Of a DNA stretch of 64,000 bases, positions 51,089 to 64,000 are shown one piece after another. Position numbers and translations under genes: made by a program. The notes below the pieces were generated by a model. That model had not been told where the DNA came from. It saw only the letters and a program-made list of their open reading frames with translations, and did not search any database. The stretch spans positions 32,118,001 through 32,182,000 of the forward strand of contig NC_045697.1 in NCBI RefSeq assembly GCF_009834535.1, in the 5' to 3' direction. Position 1 is the first letter of the stretch. Each line of letters starts with the position of its first letter. Source of the DNA: Camelus ferus (taxonomy: Eukaryota).

Positions 51089-53531
51089 TTACACCTGGAG
51101 AAAAAGAGATTATTGAATCACAGCTGCCTCTGGAATGTCCTTGGTACAATATTTATAACGACTTTCTCCATTTGTAAAATGAGAGTGAGGAAACAAAAAA
51201 TTCAAAGGCCTCAGCCAGTCAGAAAATTTTTGAGTCAGGTTCACGAACAGAAGCTAAATATTGTATAGGTCAGTAAAACTCAGGTTAACACAAACAGAAG
51301 AACTGACCTGCAGTCACTCTCATATGTTAATATTCAAATCCCAACTTCTGAAATTCTTCTATGTAAACAGTTTAGAGGTTTTTTTTATAGCTACAGATTT
51401 CTTTGCCCCATTTTCTTCCTGAATTTACCTGCAATATGGGCAGAAAAATAACTGGCCTTGCATTCCAGTGGGGTTCCTACTCCCCAGTCTCCCAGGGCCG
51501 TTTCCAGGTTTCTATCTGAGACAGCAAAGCCTCACGAGGCTCAAGTAGGGGAGGCACTTGATGTGTGTGGCTCCTACCTCATTGCTAAAGATCCCTTCGG
51601 TTGGTGTTCATGTGGATTATAATAATATTGAAATCTATTTGTTCAAATTGGTATCTTCAAAAGGAACTGTGGAGGCAATTGGTTCTTTAGGGAGAAATGG
51701 GAATAAAGTGACTTGACAAAAATTGCACAGTAAAATGGGCATTAGGTCCAGAGCTGCAACTCCGGGCAGATGGTTCTAGTCACCACCAACTCCACTGCCT
51801 CACCTGATCCTGGTTGAACCTGTAATTGAGAATTGTGTTTCTTATTTGTGAGAAGGACAAACATACCTCCTTTTAATAACTGAACCAAAGCAAAATAAGT
51901 GAAAAAGTGTACAATATAGTTTATAATGCCTTAGATTATAAATAAATAAATAATATTTCAAGATACTTTCATTAATATTTTATTTATTGGTTTCATTAAT
52001 CTCTGTTAAAAATAAAATTTAGAGTGATTACATTTACAGGTTTTTGTGAACAAAAATGTGAGATTATACATGATTAATTTGAATGTTACAGTAATATGCC
52101 CTAAAAGGCAATTTCAGTCTAATGGTCTTAGGGGTCAAATAGTTTATTCTTCATTAATAAAATTTAAAGGATTTCTAAATTTTTACATTTCAGAATGAAA
52201 ATCTAATGGAAAAGGTCCAGACTTCTGATGATTCTCAAAATTCAGGACTTGTTTTTATCTTCTTTCCCTAATAATCTGGAGCCATTTAAGACACCCCAAA
52301 GCTCAACTTTGCTAGAAATAATGTCTAAAACTTAGAACTTTTAAATGGTGGATCATTATAGTATTCTTTGGCAAAAGCATCAGACAAAATAGAAGTTGTA
52401 AAACTGAACTCTGTAGTAACTCATCAGACATCCGTACCAAATAATGTAGTAAACAGAATAGCTTGCTAAAGAACATGACATACAAAAAGCGGAATTTTTC
52501 CACGGACAAGACAATAAATATACCTATAACTCACATCGTATTTACACATTCAAGGTTTCCATTTTCTGCTGTATTCCTTTTTTTTACTCGCTGGTAAACT
52601 AAGGGTTTGCTCTATGCTATTCTCAAGAATGCCGCTTTCAAAGTGAAACCATATTAAAACAAAAAAAGCATTTCCCTCAATAACATAATGAAGAAATTAT
52701 CTGAGATTTAAATGAAAATATTAAAGGCCTTCTAAAATGTTTATCTTTGGCATTGGCAAATTCTTTATGTAATACCCTAATCCAATGTTAATAACCTAAA
52801 ACTTGGATCACCCACGAAAAATCTGAATTGTGTCTCCTTTGGATGTGGAAGAATGCGCCCTGATGGCAAATGCTTATTTCTAACTGTGTTTGGAGCATGG
52901 CAGGTGCAAAGGGCTATGTGATTACTTGCTGTCCTCAACCAAAGTGGTAGTGATGTGCAAATGCCTGGGGGACATGCCCCACAGAAGCATATCTACTGGA
53001 TCCTTATTAATATTTTTGAATTGCAAATCCTAATGGCCCAGGAAGTAAAAAAGAAAAAAAAATATGACTGAGCATATATGCCATAAAGTTCTCTAGCATT
53101 AATATCCTCATCAGGGTTCCTGGGGATTCTGTACTACAAGGAGCCCGGCTAAGAAGGAACAGTTGCTTCCCTCGTAGAAGCCAGAGTGCCTGGGAGCTGA
53201 AGCAATTTGTCTTACTCCTCCAAATTCAAACAAGTGAATTTTCTGTATTTGGTATATGACCCATGACAGTAGTTCACATTGAAGAATGCGACAACTTACA
53301 AAGTGCCAGATTTGAAGATAACTTGGTTTAATTTCTTTTTTAAATCATTGAAATAGGAACTGCACCTAAGCCAAAACTGACCTACTTTCCTGACTCTCTA
53401 TGTGGCTTTTAATAGCCTGTTTACCCAATTCCACTACCAAAATGATCAGAAAGAGGTTAACCGTTGCATGGGTGTGGCAAGCCTGAGCGATGATTGCGCA
53501 CATGGGGTCAATTAGCGCCCACAGACACTCA

Positions 53532-53756
<225 letters not shown>

Positions 53757-54119
53757 TCAAGAAGAAATCAGAATGTCAACAAAGCAGAGAGTAGTTTAGA
53801 ATCAGTCGGCTCAAGGCTGTTCGTATCTTTGTCAGATAAGCATCAGGAGACTGGGAGTTCTGGAAAAAACACTGGCTATGATACGGATTCACGTCGTGAA
53901 AACAGACACCCCCAACTATACATGGGTTGGCACAGGCATTCTATAGAAAAGACAAAATATTTCTAGGTTAAATTTTTTTGTCATAGATTATCTATTAAGG
54001 GTACCAGCACAAGTAAGGATGTATTTTCTCCCCATATTTGTTGAATAATTAAAAGAATGAATAAATTAATGAAAAAAATCTCAATTTAGTCTTGGAGATT
54101 TACAAGACATATTCATAGT

Positions 54120-54350
54120 ATCAGCAGACACCTATAGGATTTACTATGTTAGGTTCTATTCTAAGCATTTCACATATACTGATTTATCTAATCTACACAA
54201 CAACACAATGAGTGGGTACCATTACTGTATCCATTATACAACATGAGGAAACTGAGGTGCAGAGAGGTTAAATAAAGTGCCCAAGGTAAAATAATGCTAA
54301 GTAGTGGAGCTCGGCTTTGAACCCAGGCAGCCTGGCTCTAAAATTTAGGT
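54120..54350 (-). mobile_element. MIR SINE in YIPF7 intron
   Basis: atgaggaaactgaggtgcagagaggttaaataa..cccaagg..tttgaacccaggcagcctggctc. Confidence 0.85.
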
Positions 54351-55159
54351 CCTTACCGTTGGCAGGAGCTCTCATAAGTTCTAAAACAATGGAATTTATT
54401 TAACCTTATTTAACCCAGCATATCCCAAACTTATCTGACCTGCAGAATCCTTTGTTTTCATAATGCCTAGTACTGGTTTGACTGAACGGACCTTTTGAAA
54501 AGCTGATTTGTGTAAATCAGTGGGTAATGAATCACAAAGGAAGTATTGTTAAAGGAAGTCAGTAGTGTTAAGGATATACCACTGATCTTGTGAGGAGTCA
54601 GAAAAATAGCCACCACCCACAGAACACTGGAGACCTGTCACTGAAGTAGCTCCATTTAACTCACCCAGGGAAGGTCACAAACTACTACTGATTCAACAGG
54701 GGCTGTTTAGATGTTTGCTACCTGAGAATGCCGAAGCTCCAGGAGAGAATACTTATACATACATTAAGCTGCTTATATATACATTAAGCTGGTCAGAAAT
54801 TATAGAGAAAGCTTGAGGAGGCTGACTCCGAGTTTCATGGCAATTACACAAAAACAACGAAGAATCTGGTAAATTGATTGTGAGAGAACTTTTTTAGCTG
54901 TCTTTTTTTCCCTCTTCCATAGCTATTATCCATGAAGTTCTTATGTCTCACAGAATAAAGAGATATTTATTTTGCAGTTAATTAATGGAGAATATTATGA
55001 CCATTTTAAATGTTAAAAATTGCCCACCTATTTTGAATTTTTCTTCCTCTGCAGTTGGGGAAGTTGAACACTACTAAGGCCTTTCACAAAATGTCCCTGG
55101 GCTGTATGTGGCAGGATGCTCTGCTGCATTAGCCATAAGTGCTTCTGAATATTTTGTGA

Positions 55160-55228
55160 AATAATGCTAATAATGCTAATAGGCATGCTAAATAATGCTA
55201 AATAATGCTAATAATGCTAATAGGCATG
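55160..55228. repeat. AATAATGCT-based minisatellite
   Basis: Five AATAATGCT units plus two AATAGGCATG units. The 28-mer at 55160-55187 is repeated exactly at 55201-55228. Confidence 0.9.
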
Positions 55229-57406
55229 AAACATATCTCTGTTGTGTGAGTCTGTTGGAAAATAGTGACAATTTCAAATCACTTTCATGTGCTAGAGAAA
55301 CATTCGACTTAATATTTTAGTTGGATGGGATAATTCTTAGGTAGGGATCGTCATAAGGGTGAAACACTACTTCCCTACACGCAAAGGACACACAGCTGGA
55401 CCATGATCCTTACCAGTTTTGTGACTGGAATAAGTAGAGAGTAGGTAAGACTAATTTGGTAGTCTAATTGTTCTCTTCTGTAAGAGTTACTGACCTCTCT
55501 ATCCCTTTTTCTTGTTAGTTTATCCAATTTAAGGTGCAATTCCATTTGGCAGGGGCCACTCTCGTTTTTTAATTTGTTTCAAATTCTAACAAGGACTTGT
55601 AGTTGAAATGGAAAATAAATGTTCATTTTCTTTTTAACTTCAAAATTTCTCAGATCATCCGTGTACCACCCTGATTACTATATTTTTATTTGAAATACTT
55701 ATTGTTCTGATTATGCTTCTGCATTGGTTGTGTATGTTCCTTTTGCAGATCACACTCTCAGCTCAACTAGAAAAATTAAATGGAATCATAGCTTTAAAAT
55801 ACTTGTGTTCGTGTTTTGAGATGAAAATAATTTTAGGAGGAAGAGTAAGTGAAATTAAATTTGTGTTGTGCGTTTGAAGCTGTTCTTTATGGTTTGCTTC
55901 CTTCAACATGAAGAAAGTCCACTAAAAGGTATTAAGTCTTATTTCAACATAAATCAAGTATGAGACTATGAATCTTACACCTGCAGAGATAATGAACAGA
56001 TTTGAATATTGTTTCTGGATTTAGTTTTGCTTTCTCTAGTATAATGCATATACCAGCCCAGAAAATCATACTTTATATTTTAATTTCCAATACTCAGGGC
56101 AGGGTTAACTTAGCTTCAAATGGATTCTTTGTTAAATCTGGCTTTATTAACACCCAGTTGACATTTTTGTCCTTATTGTTCTACATGGATCAGAATCAAT
56201 ACTGATGTAATCACGTCTAATGGTAAAACTGAAGTGAAAATGTTTGCCTAAAAAGTTTGAGAAAATATGCATTTTCATCTATTCTCCAAAATTTCAGAAC
56301 TGAAAGGAACCTTAAGAACCACTTCTAAAAACCTTTCTTTTTTGTCTTCAAAATGAAGAAACTGAAGGCCTAGAAATAGGAAACAAAAGGTTCAGGACCA
56401 CACCTAGAGGCAAAGTTAGGGGCAGATCCAGTTTTTTCACTTCCATTTCAGTTCTTCGCCTGTATTGCTTTGCACTTAAAACAAAAAAGAGGATATTTAA
56501 ATAATTCCAACTAACATTATGCACCCAAAAAAGATCTTAATGAGATTAATGCTTTCCTTTAAGAGATGGTAATGGTAGTATTTTCCATGGAAAAACAAAC
56601 AGCTGTTATGTTGCAAATTACTTGAAAAAGAAAGATGAGTTAATATATTAAATTGTTTCTGACTATTTGTTTCATTCACATGATCTTACTTAGCAGCTTA
56701 ATCTAAGATTATCAAATTACCAAGACAAAGACAGAAGTCATATTAGAGACTAAATTAAAACTCTAGTTAATGTAGTGTTAGATTTGCAGAGTACTTGGAT
56801 TTAATGTAGTTCAAAGGAAGAAATAAGATGCTACAACTAAGTACTATTGTATGGGATAAACATGATGTGTTTATTGACCATGTTACGATGCAGAAACTAG
56901 ATTTCTATCAGAATTTTGATAAGCATTATGTATCTAATAATGAAAAATGAAAATTGATTTAATTGGGAATACTTTTTACAGCTACTTTTGAGAAGTATAG
57001 CTACACTGGGGAAAAAGCAGTTGTTTTAATGGGAAGTGGAGAGCTATAACAAGGGGAAATAAACTGAATAGTTATTTTAAGGTCTTTTCCTAGAATCTTT
57101 GGTTTCCTATGTCACGTCTCTTGCCGAGTTTATCTCTTTGTGCCTTAATGAAACTGTACTTTTCAGATGTTTTGACCATATTTTTTCATCCACTGTTTTT
57201 AATATATTGTCATTATCTCCTTAGTATAAAATCACAGAACTTTCTCATGTCTTCTAAATCTCCTTTGAGGGGAGGAGGGGAGAAAACATTTTTTTCTAAA
57301 CTATAAGCTAGAATGTCTTCTAAACTTAACTTAGGTGGAAATATGTTTTTCTTTCTTGGTGACCCCTAATGTTATTACCTTCAGATTTAAAGAGTGAATG
57401 AGGCTC

Positions 57407-58193
57407 CAAAAGCCCACAAATGACAAATGCTGGAGAGGCTGTGGAGAAAAGGGAACCCTCCTACACTGCTGGTGGGATGCAGTTTGGTGTAGCCACTGTG
57501 GAAAACTGTATGGAGATTCCTCAAAAGACTAGGAATAGACTTACTATATGACCCAGGAATCCCACTCCTGGGCATATATCTGGAAGGAACCCTACTTCAG
57601 GATGACACCTGCACCCCACTGTTCACAGCAGCACTATTTACAATAGCCAAGACATGGAAACAGCCTAAATGACCATCAACAGATGACTGGATAAAGAAGT
57701 AATGGTATATTTATACAATGGAATACTATTCAGCCATAAAAATGACAACATAATGCTATTTGCAGCAACATGGATGTCCCTGGAGAATGTCATTCTAAGT
57801 GAAGTAAGCCAGAAAGAGAAAGAAAAATACCATATGAGATCTCTCATATGTGGAATCTAAAAAAGAAAAAAAAAAAAGAACATAAATACAAAACAGAAAC
57901 AGACTCATAGACATAGAATACAAACTTGCAGTTGCCAAGGGGGAGGGGGATAGGAAGGGATAGACTGGGAATTCAAAATTGGTAGATACTGACAGGCATA
58001 TGTAGAATAGATAAACAAGATTATACTATATAACACAGGGAAATATATACAAGATCTTGTGGTAGCTCACAGCAAAAAAAAGTGTGACAACAAATATATG
58101 TGTGTTCATGTGTAACTGAAAAATTGTGCTCTACACTGGAATTTGACACATTGTAAAATGACTATAACTCAATAAAAAAATGTTTTAAAAAAA
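57407..58193 (+). mobile_element. Young camelid-type L1, 5'-truncated, antisense in YIPF7 intron
   Basis: 14-bp TSD agtgaatgaggctc at 57393-57406 and 58194-58207. Contains the ORF2 C-terminal remnant, 3'UTR (ggaaccctacttcaggatgacacctgc..gacaacataatgctatttgcagc) and A tail. Confidence 0.92.
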
Positions 58194-58864
58194 AGTGAAT
58201 GAGGCTCACACACAAGGCAAATAGTGAAGTTCGGTGGGGTGGGAAATAACTTCCTAAAAAAACAGAAAACTAAAATGATGGGAAATACACAGTTTGAATA
58301 AACAAATCACTGGTTATCACTGCAAGTCAATTTATTCGTAGTAGCATAGCCAGAAACAAGGAGACTTATCTCATACCTCATGGAATATTTGAAATAGTCT
58401 AGAGGTACACCCCATCAAAGAAAAGGATGAGTAAAGAGAAGGAATTTGTCCAGTGTCACAACAGAAATCTTACAGAAAACAAGAAATAAAATTTAGATCT
58501 TCTCTCTCCCAAATCCATATGTTCCTCCAAATTTTGGGGATTGATAGTCTTTTCTTAATAGAAAGAAAGATTTAATAACAAGAAAATCATTTATATGATT
58601 TCCTGCTTTGTTGAAAATTTGACTTGGTGATTTGTTTTTTGAAATTCTGTTTAAATTTACCTTTTTTTTCATCTGTTGTAATAAGTGATGGAAGTTTCTC
58701 TTTGTCATTATGTTTCCATTAAATATGTCTCTCTCAAAAAAAATTGTAGTTATGAGCTAAACAATATTCACCTTGTAAAGTGACACGCTTTCTTCTATAT
58801 TTACAAAGATCTCTTCAAAAATCACATTCGAAAGGGCATGCGTTAAAGTTTGATACTTCACTGT

Positions 58865-59213
<349 letters not shown>

Positions 59214-60514
59214 TTAATTGAAGTTGACATATACGATTCATTTACTTGGAACTTTAATCTGATCGTTATACCTTCATAAAGTTGTATGTAATATATAGCA
59301 AACTTAAAAAATGACTTTTTCCCTACACAATGAGCTAAAAGATACATTTTAGAGAAGTAATTCCATCAAGGAAAATTTCCCTGCCTTATGTAGCAAATAC
59401 AAGCTTAAAATAGAGCCAAAAAGAGGAAATGGACATTCTATAGTAAAAAATAAAATTAAATGGTAGCTAACAAACTGAAAGTCCCATCTTATCACCTATT
59501 TAGACCTTTCCTTTTCCTGCATTTTCTCTTGCTAACACTTTTGAAAATTTGTCGTATCAAACATGCATAATTTTCAGTTAGCTGTGTGAACTAAAGTAAA
59601 GGTAGTTAGTCCAGATTTGGGATTGTCCTTCCACCCTGCCTGGTGGGAAGAGCAAGTCTTTGCTAACCGCCTGAAACTCCAGCAAAGGCAATGGCTATCT
59701 CAGCAAGTGAGAGTAATCATGATGTGTACATATATTTTAACAAGGCCAATGCTCTGTGTTGTTGAGTCTGTGTATCCAGAGATTAAGTTCTTGAGCCAAG
59801 CTAACCTTTCCCTTTCACGAGGGGTGATGGTAGATTAAATACCCAAAATCAGTGGGGCCCAGTGTCCATGAGTCCTCACTTATTCAGAAATTTCCAAGTT
59901 TTTCTCCAATGCCTTGTTTTTTTCAAAGAATTCTGTCTGCCACCTTACAGATCCCTCTGCTAGATTCTGCTCCTCTTATATGTCTTTTTATTTAAAAAAA
60001 AAAAAAGTATCCCAGTCATCTGACATTCACTGAATATGGAAATAAATACCAACACCACATCGGTTAGTTTTCTCACCACTTCCATAAACTAAGATGCATC
60101 CTGAGCAGGAAAAAACTAAAAAAAAAAAAAAAAAAAATTCACAGAGAAGAATATAAATTCACGTTTAGGAACCAATAATCAAGCTGATTACCCTCCTTCT
60201 ATCATTTTAAATTTAAATCAGAGTGAGGTGGAGGTTAGGAAAAACTGGAGCTAAACTACTATAAAGTGCATATTTCAACTAAAGAGAGTGGAACTTATTT
60301 TTACTGAATGTTTTTACTGAATTTTGCTGGGAGCCCTACATGATTTACATGCATTGGTCTTGCTGCCATGCAATGAGGCTAGTACTGTTACTTTGTTTCT
60401 ACTCTGTGCATCAGATGGCTGAGATTTTGAGAGATTAAGTAGCTGTCCAAAGTCACAGAGCTAGTAACAGAAAATCTAGGTTCTGGCACTGGAGAATCTG
60501 ACACAAGAAACCAC

Positions 60515-60650
60515 GAAAGAAAGAAAGAAAGGAAGGAAGGAAGGAAGGAAGGAAGAAGAAAGAAAGAAAGAAAGAGAAAGAGAGAAAGAAAGAAAGAAAG
60601 AAAGAAAGAGAAAGAGAGAAAGAAAGAAAGGAAGGAAGGAAGGAAGAAAA
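60515..60650. repeat. Compound (GAAA)n/(GGAA)n/(GA)n purine microsatellite
   Basis: About 135 bp containing only purines on the + strand. Confidence 0.95.
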
Positions 60651-61392
60651 TCCAATTAAAAAATGGACAGAGGAACTGAATGGACATTTTTCCCAAAGAA
60701 GACATCCAGCTGGCCAACAGGTATATAGAAAGTTGCTTAACACCATTAATCATTACAGAAATGCAAATCAAAATCACAATATCATCTCACACCTGTTAGA
60801 ATGGCTTAACATCAAACACTTAAGATCATGGGGATGTGGAGAAAAGGGAATCCTGTACGTTGTTTTGGGGAATGTTAATTGGTATAGCCACTATGGAAAA
60901 TAGTGTGGGGGTTCCTCAAAAATTAAAAAAAGAAAACGGAACTACCATATGAACCAGCAATGCCACCCTGTGAATATATCTGGAGGCGACAAAAGCAGGA
61001 TATCAAAGAGATATCTGCATCTCTGTATTGACAGCAGGATTACGTACAATAGCCAAGAGATAGAAACCACCTAAGTGTCCATTGAATGATGCACAAATGA
61101 AAAAGTTGTGGTGTATATACATGATGGAATACTATTCAGTCATTAAAAATGAGGAAATCCTGCCATTTGTGACAACACAAGTGGAACTTGAGGGCATTAT
61201 TCTAAGTGATTTAAGTGAAATAAGACAGACAGAGAAAGTCAAATACTGCATGGTATCACTTGTACGTAGAATCTAAAAAAATTTTTAAGTCAAACTCACA
61301 GAGTCAAGAGTAGAAAAATGGTTGCCAGGGGCTAGAAGTAGGGGAAATAGAAAGTGGCTCGTGAAAGGATACGAAAAAAATTTTTAAAAAAA
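60650..61392 (+). mobile_element. L1 (L1MA-like) ORF2 end and 3'UTR fragment
   Basis: aaatgcaaatcaaaatcacaat..ctcacacctgttagaatggct, aactaccatatgaaccagca, ggaacttgagggcattattctaagtga. Confidence 0.88.
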
Positions 61393-63149
61393 GAACAATG
61401 CTTTTAACCACAAAGCTGTGGTCAAGTCAATGTGCATCTAATCTCATGATGTTTGTATATTTTTTAAGTGAGCCCAACTCTCCTACATGAAGGATTGTCT
61501 CCCTAAATCATTTGTATGTGGCATTCAACTTTCCTTCTCAGGATTTAGTAACCCTCTTTGCTCAGAGACAGGGTATAGTTCAACTTCTTTTACAGTGGTA
61601 TATACCAACTAAACACCTTGCAAAGCTGCCATTCTACACACAGAATCTCAGATGGACTTTCAATGATAGCCACGACATAGAGGAGCCTTGTTCTAACAGG
61701 GACCTAGACATTTTCAGAAGGTCAGCCAGACATGGTCTGAACCAGGTCTGAATCACCCTTTTCACAACCAGGTTGACAATTGCTATCCAACCCATGCTTG
61801 CAAAGAGAGAATTTGACTGGGTAAATTAATAGCAAATCATTTACATTTCAACTTCCCCTTTTATTTTTACAGTATATTTGTATTTCTTAGTGAAATTACA
61901 GTTTGGAGAATATAAGCAGTTAGTTAACCAAGCTTAAAATAGGTTAGAATGTCTAATGTGAGTTTTAGAATAGCAGACTTTAAAAACTGAGACATGCTGT
62001 AATCTAAATTAATTTCACCTGAAGCTTATGTGCTTTTCAAATTTTATTTTTAATTTAGACATTCTGTTAACAATATATTTTCAGTATTTACCACAATAAA
62101 GTGGCTTTTACTTCAAAGTATCCTTTCCCTCAAAAAGCATAATTATTCCTGAAGAAATCCAGATGAAAATGCTTTATGAGACATTATTACTGATTTCAAC
62201 CATTTATTTGATGGCATAATTAACATTTGCACATGCTTCAACATTGAATCATGAAACAATGAGTGAACATCAGCTCTACTAAATATTTTCATAAGAAAAA
62301 AGATTTTATGTTTTTACCAAAATACATCTCCATAATATTTTGTTTTCAAATTTGCTGCAAGGTATGCAAGTGAGATTGTACGTATTTATTAATTGTAGAT
62401 ACCCAAATATAACACCTTACTTTATCAGATAAAAGATGAAACGGCTGTGAAATTTGAATGCAAAATTCATTGTTTTGCTGTCATCTAGTGGTAGTAAAGT
62501 ATATGATATATAAGCTATAAAAGTGAATTAGTATCTTTGTTTTCTATGCAAATTGTGGCATTGGCCTTTCAAATATAAACATCAAGCTATGCTACAAATA
62601 TAAATACCAAATATCACAGTCATTTTTCTAGTCTGACAGACCGGAACTGACTATTATTTTTCAAAATGTATTTGTTAACGTATTGGTTGACATTATCAAA
62701 TAGCAAGTTATCCTTCTTACATAAAACCGAACAAGTCTTTTAGACAATAAATTATTAAAGGAATAAACAAGCACATTTTCAAATAACGTTTTTGTGTAAG
62801 GGATGTTAATTATTATAGCTTCATAATTTTATAGGTTGTTTTAGTGTATGCTCAATATAAACTAGTAAATTTCATTTATCACCTTATCTTAGAAATCCTG
62901 CCTAAAGCCTTTTTATATCTTTTAGACAGATGAAGCTTGAGGCTTTCACAAATCACCCAGCATGAAGAGCATAATGAATCAGAGTCTAGAAATTTCACTG
63001 ACTTAAAATGCAAAATTACATTAGACACTCTTTCTTCTAATACACTATACATTTGGTTAAAACAATCACAAAGAGAAAAAATCTAGAAATTTCTCTGAGC
63101 TATCTAAAGTAGGAGGGAAAATCTAGTATATTTCCTATTTGAAATTTAA

Positions 63150-64000
63150 GGAGACATTAGGGGAAGATGTATTGTAGTTTAGAATATCAGAATGGAGGCA
63201 TTTCAGACAAGTAAAAAACAAAAGATTGTTTTCAATAAACATTACAGGACAAATTGGTTAATTACTAAAGAAAAAAATTAAATTAAATCCTCCTTCACAT
63301 ACTAACCTAAAAAAATTTTCAATGAATCAAAAATTTAAGTGCAAAACAAAAATATAATTTAAAAATTTAAGAATCTACAAGAGGATATGAGCAGTAGCTA
63401 AAGCTGGAGAAATATATTCTAAATTAAAAAGCAATTGAAAAGCTATCAACAAAAATTTTGTGGAGTTGAAAACATAAATATTAAAATGTCCATATGTCCT
63501 AATGTCCCATAAACAAATTAGATAGCAAACACAATCTAGCAAAAAAAGTTTGAAATACATATTCCAGATAATAATTAATATCTTTACCATATAAATATTT
63601 CTATAAATAGGAAAGGAAAAAAATCTTAAGATTCCAATAGGAAATCTGACAAAGAATTGGAAAAACAGGAAGAAGTAAAAACAGTCAATAAATATATGAA
63701 AAAGGTCTAAATTTTCTGGTAACCAAGAAACACAAAGTATTACTTTTTGCCTATAAAATTAACAAAGACATTTCATATTCTACTCTGGAGGTGTATGGGG
63801 TCATCATTTTTCTGGATGAGTTTGACAGTGTAAATACCTTTGACCCAGTAATCCCAATGTTTTAGATCTAAGGAGAGATTCTGTTCAGGTCAAAGTTGTT
63901 TACGATGATATTCACCAAAGCCGTATTTATTATAAAGGAACAACCTTGTATATGATAAGATATTATGAAGAATACTATACATATCATGTTTTCAAATGAT
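63150..64000 (+). mobile_element. Ancient L1 (L1ME-like) fragment
   Basis: Degraded ORF2 3' landmarks such as acctttgacccagtaatccca and gatattcaccaaagccgtatttattata. Confidence 0.55.

Noticed and set aside
55100..55165. Faint resemblance to the YIPF terminal exon (aaaatattc..cagcag on minus; tgcattagccat on plus), suggesting a duplicated exon
   Set aside because: Needs several gaps, has no splice sites or consistent frame, and the matches fall on opposite strands; probably chance.
60388..60777. 129-aa and 97-aa hydrophobic ORFs
   Set aside because: Translation of the TTTC/TTCC microsatellite and antisense L1.
63601..63610. Perfect MEF2 consensus CTATAAATAG in a gene reported to be muscle-enriched
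   Set aside because: A single AT-rich 10-mer inside an old L1 fragment, with no supporting motif cluster.

Overview
This is mammalian genomic DNA, AT-rich and dense in repeats. It is most likely camelid: the young L1 3' ends look like the camelid L1 family as I recall it, and I see no Alu, B1, Bov-tA/BovB or PRE1. The only protein-coding gene I can support is YIPF7 on the minus strand. Its last three coding exons are at 59140-58995 (146 bp), 53714-53533 (182 bp) and 51059-50897 (163 bp including TGA). All splice sites are canonical GT-AG with matching phases, and the upstream exons lie beyond the right edge. The left ~50 kb is intergenic (by recalled human synteny, towards KCTD8) and filled with L1, L2, MIR, MaLR/ERV LTRs and DNA-transposon fossils. 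Almost all of the supplied ORFs are noise. The real anomaly is a ~2 kb GC/CpG-rich block at 36.4-38.4 kb that has no gene. It contains a promoter-like orphan CpG island with a TATA box, a Z-DNA tract, a short polyadenylated mRNA 3'-end retrocopy and a Tigger1 deletion derivative. Smaller oddities include an L1 with a ~56-bp flanking duplication, a ~45-bp micro-L1 with a perfect TSD, two tail-to-tail MER41-like LTRs, a CTCF motif inside a YIPF7 codon run, and an L1-derived cryptic donor that could make a poison isoform. I found no convincing new multi-gene system. Repeat family names come from recalled consensus sequences, not from a search, and repeat boundaries are approximate unless a TSD is given.
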